Assembly: GCA_965208675.1 (NCBI GenBank)
Contig: OZ242351.1
Span: 576,001-640,000 of the forward strand
DNA length: 64,000 bases
Direction of reading: 5' to 3'
Origin: Candidatus Poribacteria bacterium
GTDB taxonomy: Bacteria > Poribacteria > WGA-4E > PCPOR2b
Below, piece after piece: positions 1-9,561 of the stretch. Numbering within the stretch: position 1 is the first letter of the stretch; the number at the start of each line of letters is the position of its first letter. Under the pieces are notes generated by a model. That model was not told the DNA's origin and made no database searches. It saw only the letters and a list, made by a program, of their open reading frames with translations. The position numbers and the translations under genes were made by a program.

Positions 1-1833
1 GCCTGCGAAGAACGGTAGCGCACGACGATACGCCCGCAGTCCGCCATACCTGAGAATAGCGAATTTCAGACACCAGCTTATCAACACGGGCACCCAAATA
101 TAAACCATTTCTGCCGGACTAACTCCCAACACGTATCCGACCGGATGGAATGGCCACCAGAGAAACCGCATTTTCATCGCCAACAAAAATCCCGTGATTG
201 CAACCCCTGCACCCATGAAGCCCGTGGTCACATAATCGGGTCCTGTTGGGAAAGTCAACCACTGTTGCAGACGCCTGGAAAAACTTTCGCTCCCGATGTA
301 AACGAGCCATGGTGCCATGTTATCCGCGCCATGCTTGTACAAGATAGTAAGAAATATCAAAAACGTCACCGGTATGGCGAGAATCAGCGTGATTAACATT
401 GCCCACACGAGTTTTCTTGTATTAATGTTGGATTGCTCACCGATTCGAAAGACTTCAAATTGATTCGGCATTGGATGGGCGGCTTGGTCTCGATTCAAGA
501 AATAAAGGAAACTGAGAATCGTCAGGTTACGTGGACCGTAGGCACGTGATCCCACCGATGTTACCATCGTCCGTGCTGGGTCTACCCACAACAGTTCGTG
601 CACAGGCAATCCAAGCCCGCTCCGCATCTTGGTCACGCCAATGGCGCTGCAACAGAACAAACCCAAAAAGAGTAGAAGTACCCAGGCAGAGAATCCGGCT
701 TTGTAAGCGAACCACAGAAGGAAAAGTACGCCCGCGGCGATGCCCAAAATCGCTGTGCGGTACGACATCGGTTCCTTCGACTCATCAATGCTGCCCTTTC
801 CCTTGAACGCCTGCACAAATACGCGCTTGAAATGTCTGCGTCCAACCCATAGCGCCAAGGCGCCCAAAGCAATCCACGCCCCTTGCGCCTGCTCGTCAAA
901 ATAGAGGTTTCGCCAACCCATGGTGACTCCCAATGACAGTTGCGTCAACTTCTTCAGAAAGTAGAAGAACCACGCGGAAAAGGCGAGGTCTAGCGGCATG
1001 AAATAGGCGAGCCCAATGACGAACGGTTGAAACGAGACACGTGTGTAGACCATGTAACTCCACGGCTTCTCGTCGAAGGTGAACCGTGTCCAGCCGACGG
1101 GAATGTTTGGAAAGAATGGGAATTGAAAACTCAAGCCGTTCAGCAAATTAATTGCCGCAGCAATGCCGAATCCTATCCACATCAATCGATTTCGCAAAAA
1201 ACCGACTGGGTCACGGCCCAATTCAAGCGGCATCCAAGTAATTGGATAAGTGAGACGTTCGTGCTCCGTTAACTGCTTGCGAATGATTGCATTGATGCAG
1301 ATAAGCACAAAAAAAAGTACGATAAGGAAGGCGGACCAATAGAGCACAGGGCCCAGCCAAGCCATGAGATTGACACGCGTGAAGAAGGATGTTTCTCCGA
1401 GGAAAAATCCGCTCAAGGCAGTTTCGTCCCTGACAGTGAACCATTCCGGGATATATCGCCAAAACAGATTGCGCCAATCGTTCTCCGGTGTCGCGAACCA
1501 AAACGGCTGCACTAGCATAGAAAGTACACGGTTCATCCGGTGCCCCGCAACCGTAGATGCCGTGACGATCATAATATAGATGACCAGAATATCAGGGTTC
1601 CTCAATGTGAATCTTGGGACATACCGTTTAAAAAGCAGATTCAGCAAAATCAGCACGAAGAGCGTAAATACGGCATTGCTGAACAATGACATATAGGTGT
1701 GCGTCACTGCTTTCTGGAGGTCATTGACGGATATCCAGTAAGCGTTAGCAAGCGCCAAGATGAGCCCGATGCCGAACACTCTCAAACGGATCCCATCGGG
1801 CTGGTTGCCTTTTAGTGTAGAAATTTTTTCCAC
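1..1833 (-). CDS. DUF6785/DUF6784-type polytopic membrane protein (putative transporter), 3' end runs off the window; absent from the ORF track
   Basis: Manual translation from GTG at 1833 (GAGG RBS upstream) is open to base 1: MEKISTLKGNQPDGIRLRVFGIGLILALANAYW...ERLTYPI...WWPFHPVGY...LRYGGLRAYRRALPFFAG. Many TM segments and motifs typical of this family. Confidence 0.85.
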   Translation of the reverse strand, partial: MEKISTLKGNQPDGIRLRVFGIGLILALANAYWISVNDLQKAVTHTYMSLFSNAVFTLFVLILLNLLFKRYVPRFTLRNPDILVIYIMIVTASTVAGHRMNRVLSMLVQPFWFATPENDWRNLFWRYIPEWFTVRDETALSGFFLGETSFFTRVNLMAWLGPVLYWSAFLIVLFFVLICINAIIRKQLTEHERLTYPITWMPLELGRDPVGFLRNRLMWIGFGIAAAINLLNGLSFQFPFFPNIPVGWTRFTFDEKPWSYMVYTRVSFQPFVIGLAYFMPLDLAFSAWFFYFLKKLTQLSLGVTMGWRNLYFDEQAQGAWIALGALALWVGRRHFKRVFVQAFKGKGSIDESKEPMSYRTAILGIAAGVLFLLWFAYKAGFSAWVLLLFLGLFCCSAIGVTKMRSGLGLPVHELLWVDPARTMVTSVGSRAYGPRNLTILSFLYFLNRDQAAHPMPNQFEVFRIGEQSNINTRKLVWAMLITLILAIPVTFLIFLTILYKHGADNMAPWLVYIGSESFSRRLQQWLTFPTGPDYVTTGFMGAGVAITGFLLAMKMRFLWWPFHPVGYVLGVSPAEMVYIWVPVLISWCLKFAILRYGGLRAYRRALPFFAG

Positions 1834-2141
1834 TCTTTACCTCATCTTGCGGGAAAATGATACTTAACGGGGCGTGCACTGCAATAATTTAATGGGCGGG
1901 ACGTTTTCAGAATTGCCTAGCGATTTAATCGCGCAAGTGTAGCAGTATTTCCAACCTACGTCAACCGTAAAGTCCGCTGTTACCCAATGCGTAACTTCAT
2001 TCACCTTGTTGAAACTATCCGATCTAAACGTTGTATGTGGTAATTATTTCCTTGGCTTTGCTAACCGGCGCGTTGTGGTATAATTGACAAGCGCACGCTG
2101 CGCGATTTTCGCTGAAAGGTTGCAATTGTCGGAGGTACAAC

Positions 2142-2963
2142 GTGAAGATTATCCTGAGCCGAAAAGGGTTTGACAGTAGAAATGGAGGGTATCCGAGTCC
2201 AGTTTTACCAGACGGGAAAATGCTAAGTCTCCCAATCCCGATTGAAGGAGAAAGTTTGTCATATGACGCAATAAGCGCTCCCGAGGAGAAATCCTATGCC
2301 AAAATTATTGAGGAATTAGGAGCGGGCGTCAACGTCGGAAATAGAGGAGCGCACCTAGATCCAGATTTAATGGCGAATGTGCGAGGACGGATGGCGGGCT
2401 GGCGTCCGGCGTTCGGACAGTGTGGAGCTGCCGGAAGCCATCTTGATAATTGCGGCGTTTCTGAAGGTGATGTGTTTCTTTTTTTCGGTTGGTTTCAACA
2501 TACCGAAACCGTTGCCGGGCGCTTGTCGTATTGCAGTGGCATAAACGGTTTCCATGTTATATTCGGCTATATGGAGATAGGCGCAATCGTTCGTTCAAAT
2601 GCGGAAGGCAAGGAAAAAGTGTGGTTACTCAATCATCCTCATGCCAAACTGGAATGAGCAAACGATAGGATTTATGTTGCGGCGCCGAACCTAAGTTTTC
2701 ACCCAGCATTACCCGGCGGCGGTGTCTTTGAATTTGACGAGCGGCTCCGCTTAACAAAGAAAGAGGAGTCCAGGCGAAGTCGCTGGAATCTCGATCCAAG
2801 AGTATTCCGCAACGTAGAAATATCATACCATTCTCAGGCATCATGGAAGGATGGACATTTTCAGTCTGCGGGTCGGGGACAAGAATTTGTCATCAATGCT
2901 AATGAGGGCGTTATTCAGTGGGCATCTGATCTCATCAAAAACTCTTGCCTTTGGTCAAATTGA
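2142..2963 (+). pseudogene. Nmad3 (nucleotide modification associated domain 3) family gene interrupted by one in-frame TGA at 2655-2657
   Basis: N-terminus MKIILSRKGFDS..GGYPSP.LPDG..LSLPIP, then HLDPDL and GDVFLFFGWF. The same frame continues past the TGA through ...ISYH...GRGQEFV to a TGA at 2961-2963. Confidence 0.8.
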
Positions 2964-3247
2964 TTAATCAGGTCCTCTCGGTTATCAAGGTGAGAGGGCG
3001 TTGAGCCATCAGGGCAACGGCGAGGGTTGTGCCTACAGGAATTGGCTTTGCGTAGAGGCAGGTGTCCAATGCCTGCCCACAACATTTTGTCAACCGAAGC
3101 AAACTGTGTTATAATTTGTGTACTTGATGGTGTCGACCGGGTATGTCCTCCTTTGCAGTTACTGATTCCCACCGCGGCGTTGCGCTGAAGGCGTTCATCA
3201 CTTATATCTTAGGAAAACCGGCAGTCATTAAGCGCGCAGAAACCGTA

Positions 3248-4015
3248 ATGACACAATCCGATTTCAAGTTTCTCGGCTTTCACCACATCATAGTTTTAAT
3301 GTTAACGGTTGTAATTCCCCTTGCGCTTTCCGCGTTGGTCCGGCGGGTAAATTCGCACAATCTCACGCGAACTGTCCGCTATACACTGGGGGTTATTTTA
3401 CTCGGAAATGACATCGTGCATTTGGGTTATCGATTCATCAGGGGTGAGTTTAACCTGTTTCTGCGATACTTCCTCCCGCTCCACGTCTGTGGGCTTGCAA
3501 CATTCGCAACCGCCGCTACGCTCGTTTTTCAAATTCAGACGCTCTACGAGTTCGCCTATTTTTGGGGTCTGGTGGGCACATTCAACGCTGTACTCACGCC
3601 CCAACTTGAAGTCGGTTTCCCAAAATATCGGGCATTTCAGTATTTTATAGCGCACAGCGGCATCGTTATCGGCGTTCTGTTTTCAACGCTGGGGCTTCAA
3701 ATGCGGCCAACGCTCAGGTCCTTATTCCGTTCATTTGCAGTCATAAACCTTCTTGCACTCGTTATCGGCGGCTTTAATTATTTGGCGTCAGCTAACTACA
3801 TGTTCCTTTGCGAACCGCCAAAGACGAAATTTCCGGTGTTTAATCCGGAATCTCCGCTCTTTATACCTTGGCCGTTGTACATTCCGATATTGGATGGTCT
3901 CGCCCTGATACTATTCTTCGTAGTGTACTCGCCCTTCCTGATCAGAGATTGGCGGAGGCGTACCGCGGGAAACGCAGGTTTCGGCGATAGCACCAGGAAT
4001 TGCAGCAATCACTAG
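3248..4015 (+). CDS. TIGR02206/YwaF-family integral membrane protein
   Basis: Motifs LPLHVC, YFW, LTP, YFIAH, ANYMFL. Start placed at ATG 3248; the ORF is open from 3143. Confidence 0.8.
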   Translation: MTQSDFKFLGFHHIIVLMLTVVIPLALSALVRRVNSHNLTRTVRYTLGVILLGNDIVHLGYRFIRGEFNLFLRYFLPLHVCGLATFATAATLVFQIQTLYEFAYFWGLVGTFNAVLTPQLEVGFPKYRAFQYFIAHSGIVIGVLFSTLGLQMRPTLRSLFRSFAVINLLALVIGGFNYLASANYMFLCEPPKTKFPVFNPESPLFIPWPLYIPILDGLALILFFVVYSPFLIRDWRRRTAGNAGFGDSTRNCSNH

Positions 4016-4142
4016 AGCGAATTGCGAAGGTACAAGGCAACAAACATTGAGTACGGTAGTCTTCAATAGTTTTGTAGGTCGAGGACGATTTTCTGGCGCA
4101 TATTTGCGTAAATTTAGCTGTTATTGACTACTGAACAACGCT

Positions 4143-5513
4143 ATGGTTAAGAACGACAAAAAGACTATATTCGGCTGGTGCATGTACGACTGGGCGAATT
4201 CCGCCTATGTTACCACAGTAGTCGCGGCGCTTTTACCAAATTACTTCGCGCGCGTTATCGTCGGCGAAAAGGGCGTCCAAATCGGAAACACAACGGTCAG
4301 CGCCACTGCTTTGTGGGGCGCGATGGCAAGCGTCGCCGCGTTCTTTGTATTTCTGTGCGCCCCCGTATTAGGCGCGATATCGGACTTTTCTTCCGCGAAG
4401 AAAAAGTTCCTGATATCCTTCGCATACACAGGTAGCGTCGCCGCGATTTTTCTTTATTTCTGTGGGTCCGGAGATGTCTGGATGACCGTGCTTTTCTTTC
4501 TAATCTCGCGCATTGGGTTTGTGGGGGCTAACGTGTTCTATGATGGATTCTTGCCCCAAATTGCTTCTGAAGATAAGATGGATTGGGTATCGGGCAAAGG
4601 GTTTTCTTACGGGTACGTCGGCGGAGGACTCCAATTCGCAATGGCGCTGGGGCTAGTCGCTGGCCATGGCGCGATCGGCATCAGTACATCTCTTGCTGCC
4701 CGTATCGGAATCGCTATGGCAGGGGTTTGGTGGGCGGGTTTCACTCTGCTAACGTTGAAGCATTTGAATGAGAGCGGCGCCTCAGAGGAGATTCCGAAAC
4801 AGTATCAATCCACGTCTAAGTTTTTTGCCTATGCCTGTATCGGCGTCACCAGAATCCAGAGGACGTTGAGAAAAGTTCGGCGGTTCAAGCATCTGTTGCT
4901 ATTCTTGATAGCCTTCATGATTTATAACGACGGCATCCAGACGGTCATTAGCATGGCGACGATTTACGGAACCGAGGAGTTGGGCTTGTCAGCGACCGTT
5001 TTGATGTTGACCCTGTTGGTAACCCAAATTATCGCCGCAGGAGGCGCATTGTTATTTGGCAGATTGGCTGATAAAATTGGGACAAAGAACGCCGTAATGC
5101 TGTCCCTAGTTTTCTGGAGTTGTGCGGTAACTTACGGTTACTTTTTACGCACAGCATCAGAATATTTTATCCTCGGCGCATCGGCAGGAATCTTTATGGG
5201 TGGTTCCCAAGCACTCAGCCGTTCGCTTTACGGTTCAATGATTCCAGAGCATTCTAGCGCCGAGTTTTATGGCTTCTACTCCGTGTTTAGTAAATTCTCC
5301 GCAATTTGGGGACCTTTGGCATTTAGCGCCATTCGGCAATTTACCGGAACAGCGAGATTATCTATCCTTTCATTGATGGTTTTCTTTATTGTCGGTCTGA
5401 TTCTGCTCTGGTTCGTCGATGTGGAAAAAGCCCAAGCAGCGCGACGTACAAAAGAACTTAGCGGCGCAATCAATTTGGTGAAATCGCCGTTAGTTAAGAA
5501 AGCTGGAAATTAA
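4143..5513 (+). CDS. MFS transporter, UMF1/ATG22-like family
   Basis: WCMYDWANSAY, PVLGAISD, YNDGIQT, GGSQALSRS, EFYGFY; about 12 TM helices. Confidence 0.9.
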   Translation: MVKNDKKTIFGWCMYDWANSAYVTTVVAALLPNYFARVIVGEKGVQIGNTTVSATALWGAMASVAAFFVFLCAPVLGAISDFSSAKKKFLISFAYTGSVAAIFLYFCGSGDVWMTVLFFLISRIGFVGANVFYDGFLPQIASEDKMDWVSGKGFSYGYVGGGLQFAMALGLVAGHGAIGISTSLAARIGIAMAGVWWAGFTLLTLKHLNESGASEEIPKQYQSTSKFFAYACIGVTRIQRTLRKVRRFKHLLLFLIAFMIYNDGIQTVISMATIYGTEELGLSATVLMLTLLVTQIIAAGGALLFGRLADKIGTKNAVMLSLVFWSCAVTYGYFLRTASEYFILGASAGIFMGGSQALSRSLYGSMIPEHSSAEFYGFYSVFSKFSAIWGPLAFSAIRQFTGTARLSILSLMVFFIVGLILLWFVDVEKAQAARRTKELSGAINLVKSPLVKKAGN

Positions 5514-5650
5514 CACAGTGCAAACCGACTCACAAATTCGAACGCGTTCCAGGATTCGGCTAAACTTAGGACAATGAGACACCGCTGTGAGCAAGGTAAG
5601 ATTAAACGGTCAAATAAACAGTTTTGCACGTTAATCTAATTAAAATTTAC

Positions 5651-5690
5651 TGTAAAATATGTTAAATTTTGTAAACTTTTGTAAACTTCA
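5651..5690 (+). promoter_or_regulatory. 10-bp-period direct repeats (GTAAA-N5-GTAAA), candidate OmpR/CpxR-type binding site
   Basis: tgtaaaatat gttaaatttt gtaaactttt gtaaacttca in an AT-rich intergenic region. Confidence 0.35.
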
Positions 5691-5872
5691 GAATAATTTT
5701 GTCGACCTGAACAATAGGGAGCGTACTGATCCAAGAGTTCAAATCTGCGGCGTGAAATCTCGTTTCAATACTTCTAGTAGTTGCTAGAATTGGACAAATA
5801 GCTAGGAATATGAGTTCAAAGCAACAATCTCATCTAAAATTAAGTGCGGCAACTGAGTTCGTAAGGGGAATT

Positions 5873-6820
5873 ATGAAATATTCTAATGGAAAATTATTGG
5901 CGGTTGGGACAATGTGTCTTGCATGGTTATGGATGGGCTGTCAGGGAGCAACGCTTAATATTCCAGATGTTGGCACTAGTGAAAATCCGCTAAAAAAATC
6001 AGGGCAGTTGTCCAAGAGCGAAGTCTGGGCGGGCAAAATCTTGATTACTGGTGATGTTGTCGTTCCTGAAGGAACGACGTTAACGATTCAACCCAATTCG
6101 ATCGTCGGTTTCGACCCCGCTAACGGCGTCCACCAATTGATTGTGTACGGTACGCTGTTTGCTGAGGGTGAGCCGGAGCGTTTCATTACCTTTGGTTCAC
6201 TTGGCACGGCTGAAAATCCCCCAACTGCGGGGGACTGGTTTGGCATCTTTCTGGGAGAAACGAGCGTTAATTCACGTTTGGTGAACTGCCGAATTCGACA
6301 CGCGGATACCGGCGTTGCCTGCCGATCCGATTCATCGCAGGTCGAAAATTGTCTGATGACCGATAACGAAGTGGCAATTCTTTGCGACGATACAATGCCA
6401 TTGATTTCCCATAACGAGATTAACAAAAACGGTACCGCCATAAAGTGTGTTAACGATGCGGCCCCGGAAATCAACAGGAACACAATTCAAGCCAATGAGT
6501 ACGGTATTGTTTGCGATGACGATTCCAGAGCAACCATTAATAACAACGAACTTTCCAGCAACTATCAGCATGCCATCGTCTGTTTCGCGTTGTCCTCGCC
6601 CGAAATTGTCTCAAACAATATTTTCCTAAACGGCGGTTGGGCAGTGTACGATGGCGGTCGATTGCGTGACAATTTCATTCGAGGAAATAATGAACGAGGT
6701 TCGGACGTCATTGAACACGGCACCGGACGAGACGGCGGACAATTCTACGGCGTGGACGAAGTCTTAGACCCCCGTGTATCGCCCGTTGTTGACGCAGGGG
6801 TGCAGCGGGAACGGTTCTAA
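5873..6820 (+). CDS. Right-handed parallel beta-helix (NosD/pectin-lyase-like) lipoprotein
   Basis: Lipobox-like WMGC; GDVVVPEGTTLTIQP and GDWFGI motifs; repeated I.C....P.I..N.I..N units. RBS AAGGGG precedes ATG 5873. Confidence 0.8.
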   Translation: MKYSNGKLLAVGTMCLAWLWMGCQGATLNIPDVGTSENPLKKSGQLSKSEVWAGKILITGDVVVPEGTTLTIQPNSIVGFDPANGVHQLIVYGTLFAEGEPERFITFGSLGTAENPPTAGDWFGIFLGETSVNSRLVNCRIRHADTGVACRSDSSQVENCLMTDNEVAILCDDTMPLISHNEINKNGTAIKCVNDAAPEINRNTIQANEYGIVCDDDSRATINNNELSSNYQHAIVCFALSSPEIVSNNIFLNGGWAVYDGGRLRDNFIRGNNERGSDVIEHGTGRDGGQFYGVDEVLDPRVSPVVDAGVQRERF

Positions 6821-6903
6821 CGGGAATAGGCATGAACAAATGGCGCGGTTAACTTATGCCGGTCTATGTTTAACTAGTTAAAAACGCAAGAACATGAGGG
6901 AAA

Positions 6904-7683
6904 ATGAAACCCAGAGTTCTCATTCTTCGCACGGCAGGCACAAACTGCGATTATGAAACAAACTACGCTTTTCAGCTAGCAGGCGCAAAAACAGACTTGA
7001 TCCACATCGACAAACTTATTGCTGGTCAAACAGAGATTATGAACTACCAAATTTTGGCAATCCCTGGTGGATTTTCTTATGGCGACGACATTGCGGCAGG
7101 CATTTTACTCGCAAACCAAATCAAGTACAAACTCGCGGATCAACTAGTAGAATTCGTCGAGTCAGGCAGGTTAATACTCGGCATCTGCAACGGGTTTCAG
7201 GTGCTCATAAAAGCCGGATTGTTGCCGCGCCTTGACAGGGGAATCCGGCAACAGGCAACGCTAGCGATGAATGGCTCTGCAAAATTTGAGTGCCGTTGGG
7301 TACATCTGCAGGTTCAAAAAAGTCCATGTGTCTTTACGAAAGGCCTAAATCCCCAGATTTATCTTCCAGTAGCTCACGCAGAAGGTCGTTTCACCGCACC
7401 CAACGCTATACTCAATCAGATTGAATCAAATCAGCAGATAGTCTTTCTTTACATGTCACCCTACGGAAGTGCGCCGGAATATCCCGCTAATCCAAATGGT
7501 GCCGACCGTCATATCGCTGGGATTTGCGACTCAACGGGCAGAATCTTAGGTATGATGCCTCATCCCGAACGCTTCCTCACCCGGTTCAATCATCCGCGAT
7601 GGACACGAGAGAGATTACCTAAAGACGGAGACGGACTGGCAGTCTTTCGGAACGCAGTGGATTATGCGAAGGCGAACTTGTGA
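6904..7683 (+). CDS. purQ: Phosphoribosylformylglycinamidine synthase subunit I (glutaminase)
   Basis: GTNCD, PGGFSYGD, GICNGFQ, AHAEG, NPNG, MMPHPER. Confidence 0.96.
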   Translation: MKPRVLILRTAGTNCDYETNYAFQLAGAKTDLIHIDKLIAGQTEIMNYQILAIPGGFSYGDDIAAGILLANQIKYKLADQLVEFVESGRLILGICNGFQVLIKAGLLPRLDRGIRQQATLAMNGSAKFECRWVHLQVQKSPCVFTKGLNPQIYLPVAHAEGRFTAPNAILNQIESNQQIVFLYMSPYGSAPEYPANPNGADRHIAGICDSTGRILGMMPHPERFLTRFNHPRWTRERLPKDGDGLAVFRNAVDYAKANL

Positions 7684-7788
7684 ATACAGGTATTGCGGAT
7701 GACCTTCTTTTTTCCCATCGAGTTTTCTCTTGGATTTACAATGAATCAATCGCAAATTTTAATTAGAAAAATAAAGCGAGTACAATGA

Positions 7789-8865
7789 ATGAATATTCGT
7801 CAATTCCTAAGGCCGGATCTCTCTAATCTAAATCCCTATCACGTCGAACAGCCGCCCCACCGAATCAAGCTCGATGCAAATGAGTCCCCCTTTGACCTAC
7901 CACCAGAACTTCGAGCAGCTATTGCAAACGAGATGAAAAATCTCCAATTTCAACGCTACCCGGATCCGAATTCAGATGAATTGAGAACAAAACTTTCTGA
8001 ATTTTTGGGTGTTGATAAAGGGCACATTGTTGTAGGCAATGGATCCGACGAACTAATCGGTTATTTCGTACTTGCCTTTGGGCGGACAGATGCTTGTGTC
8101 TCCTTCCCAACCCCGACGTTCGCAATGTATCACATCTTAGCTCGAATTGCAGGGTTAAAGGCGGTTGGATTGCCGCTGGACGAACACTTTACTCTAAATG
8201 ATGACGCGTGGCAAGCACATTTGGATGCCAACAGACTGAATTTAGCATTTATCTCATACCCGAACAACCCTACGAGCAACACTTTTTCCGCTGAAGTTAT
8301 CCGCAAGACGCTCGCCCGGTCCGATGCACTTGTTGTTCTCGATGAGGCGTACTATGAGTTTTCCGGGAAGACATTTTTCGGCGTATTAAATCGGCACCCC
8401 AATTTGGTTATTGCACGCACTTTTTCAAAGGCCTACGGACTTGCTGGGTTGCGCATCGGTTACTTGATTGCTCACCCGGAGATTATCAATGAAATCAACA
8501 AAGTTCGGCTGCCCTACAATCTAAACCGCTTTTCGCAATTGGCTGCGATGCTTTTATTGAAACAACACGTACGGCAGGCGCAGAAATCTCAATTTTCATC
8601 ACAAATCCAATCGATTATCAAGGAGCGCGATCGCGTTTATGCGGCGTTGCAAGTTTTGGATGGCATTTATCCGTTCCCCACGGATGCTAACTTTATTCTC
8701 TTTCGGACGGAATCGGACGCCGATAAATGGTTCCAGCACCTGCTGGATTGCGGAATTCTCGTCCGCAACCTCAGTCGTCCGGGGCCGCTTCAAAACTGTT
8801 TACGCGTTACAATCGGCACACCCGCGGCGAACACCCAGTTTCTGGACGCATTGGCTTCCTATTGA
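7789..8865 (+). CDS. hisC: Histidinol-phosphate aminotransferase
   Basis: LDANESP, RYPD, GNGSDE, PNNPT, DEAY, RTFSKAYGLAGLRIG, LRVTIG. Confidence 0.93.
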   Translation: MNIRQFLRPDLSNLNPYHVEQPPHRIKLDANESPFDLPPELRAAIANEMKNLQFQRYPDPNSDELRTKLSEFLGVDKGHIVVGNGSDELIGYFVLAFGRTDACVSFPTPTFAMYHILARIAGLKAVGLPLDEHFTLNDDAWQAHLDANRLNLAFISYPNNPTSNTFSAEVIRKTLARSDALVVLDEAYYEFSGKTFFGVLNRHPNLVIARTFSKAYGLAGLRIGYLIAHPEIINEINKVRLPYNLNRFSQLAAMLLLKQHVRQAQKSQFSSQIQSIIKERDRVYAALQVLDGIYPFPTDANFILFRTESDADKWFQHLLDCGILVRNLSRPGPLQNCLRVTIGTPAANTQFLDALASY

Positions 8866-8878
8866 AAGGCGGTTTCTC

Positions 8879-9349
8879 GTGAAAATAAACCTCAGAAATG
8901 AGTCGGAACATTCCAATGAAAAGATTCATCGGAGACTGTTGCCCTTCTATATGAGACCAACCGTCTTGGTTGTATTTGTGTTAATTTCCGTGGTTGGACA
9001 GGTTCTGTGGATAGCTGGCATCACGATTGTCGGCGAAGTCCATTTGTGGGGGTGCAGTTTCGCGTTCGCATTTGGAATTATCCTCGGCTATATCCACGGG
9101 AAATGGATGGCACGGATGTGGGCTCGCGATTATTTGCGTGTGATAAATCGAGAGATTTCGTTTTGGCAGGCGAAAGGCGGAAAGGGAACTTCTATATTTG
9201 TGGTGCTTGCGCTAGGCATTCCCATTTTATGTGTGGCATTCACACGGCTGTCGTTCGACGCATTGGCTGCGGTACAATCATACATTTTCGGTTTTATCGG
9301 CGGGACGAATTTCGCGGTTTGTTCGTGGGTGCGAACCTTGCCGAAATAG
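8879..9349 (+). CDS. Hypothetical membrane protein with about 4 TM helices
   Basis: Hydrophobic C-terminal part of the 8639-9349 ORF; GTG 8879 follows the hisC stop. Confidence 0.65.
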   Translation: MKINLRNESEHSNEKIHRRLLPFYMRPTVLVVFVLISVVGQVLWIAGITIVGEVHLWGCSFAFAFGIILGYIHGKWMARMWARDYLRVINREISFWQAKGGKGTSIFVVLALGIPILCVAFTRLSFDALAAVQSYIFGFIGGTNFAVCSWVRTLPK

Positions 9350-9561
9350 GATTGGTGAATTAAGTGATTTCACGCCGCAATTGTTGTTCGCACTCTGAAA
9401 ATTGGACTTAAGCAGTTGATGGATTGGGTGTCGAAATTCGAAACTCCGTCACGGATGCGGTGCAAGATAACCCGTCCAAAATGGGCGCAAAGTCTGACAA
9501 TGCCCTTCGACGAATTATGAATCGGGCAACTTCAATCTAAAGGGCGAAAGACTTGATTATG

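Noticed and set aside
119-1579. Eight short ORFs in the track
   Set aside because: They are off-frame or antisense shadows of the long minus-strand membrane-protein gene at 1-1833.
2655-2657. Selenocysteine or genetic-code reassignment at the Nmad3 TGA
   Set aside because: No Cys/redox motif context, and TGA is a normal stop in purQ, hisC and mtnP; a nonsense change or error is simpler.
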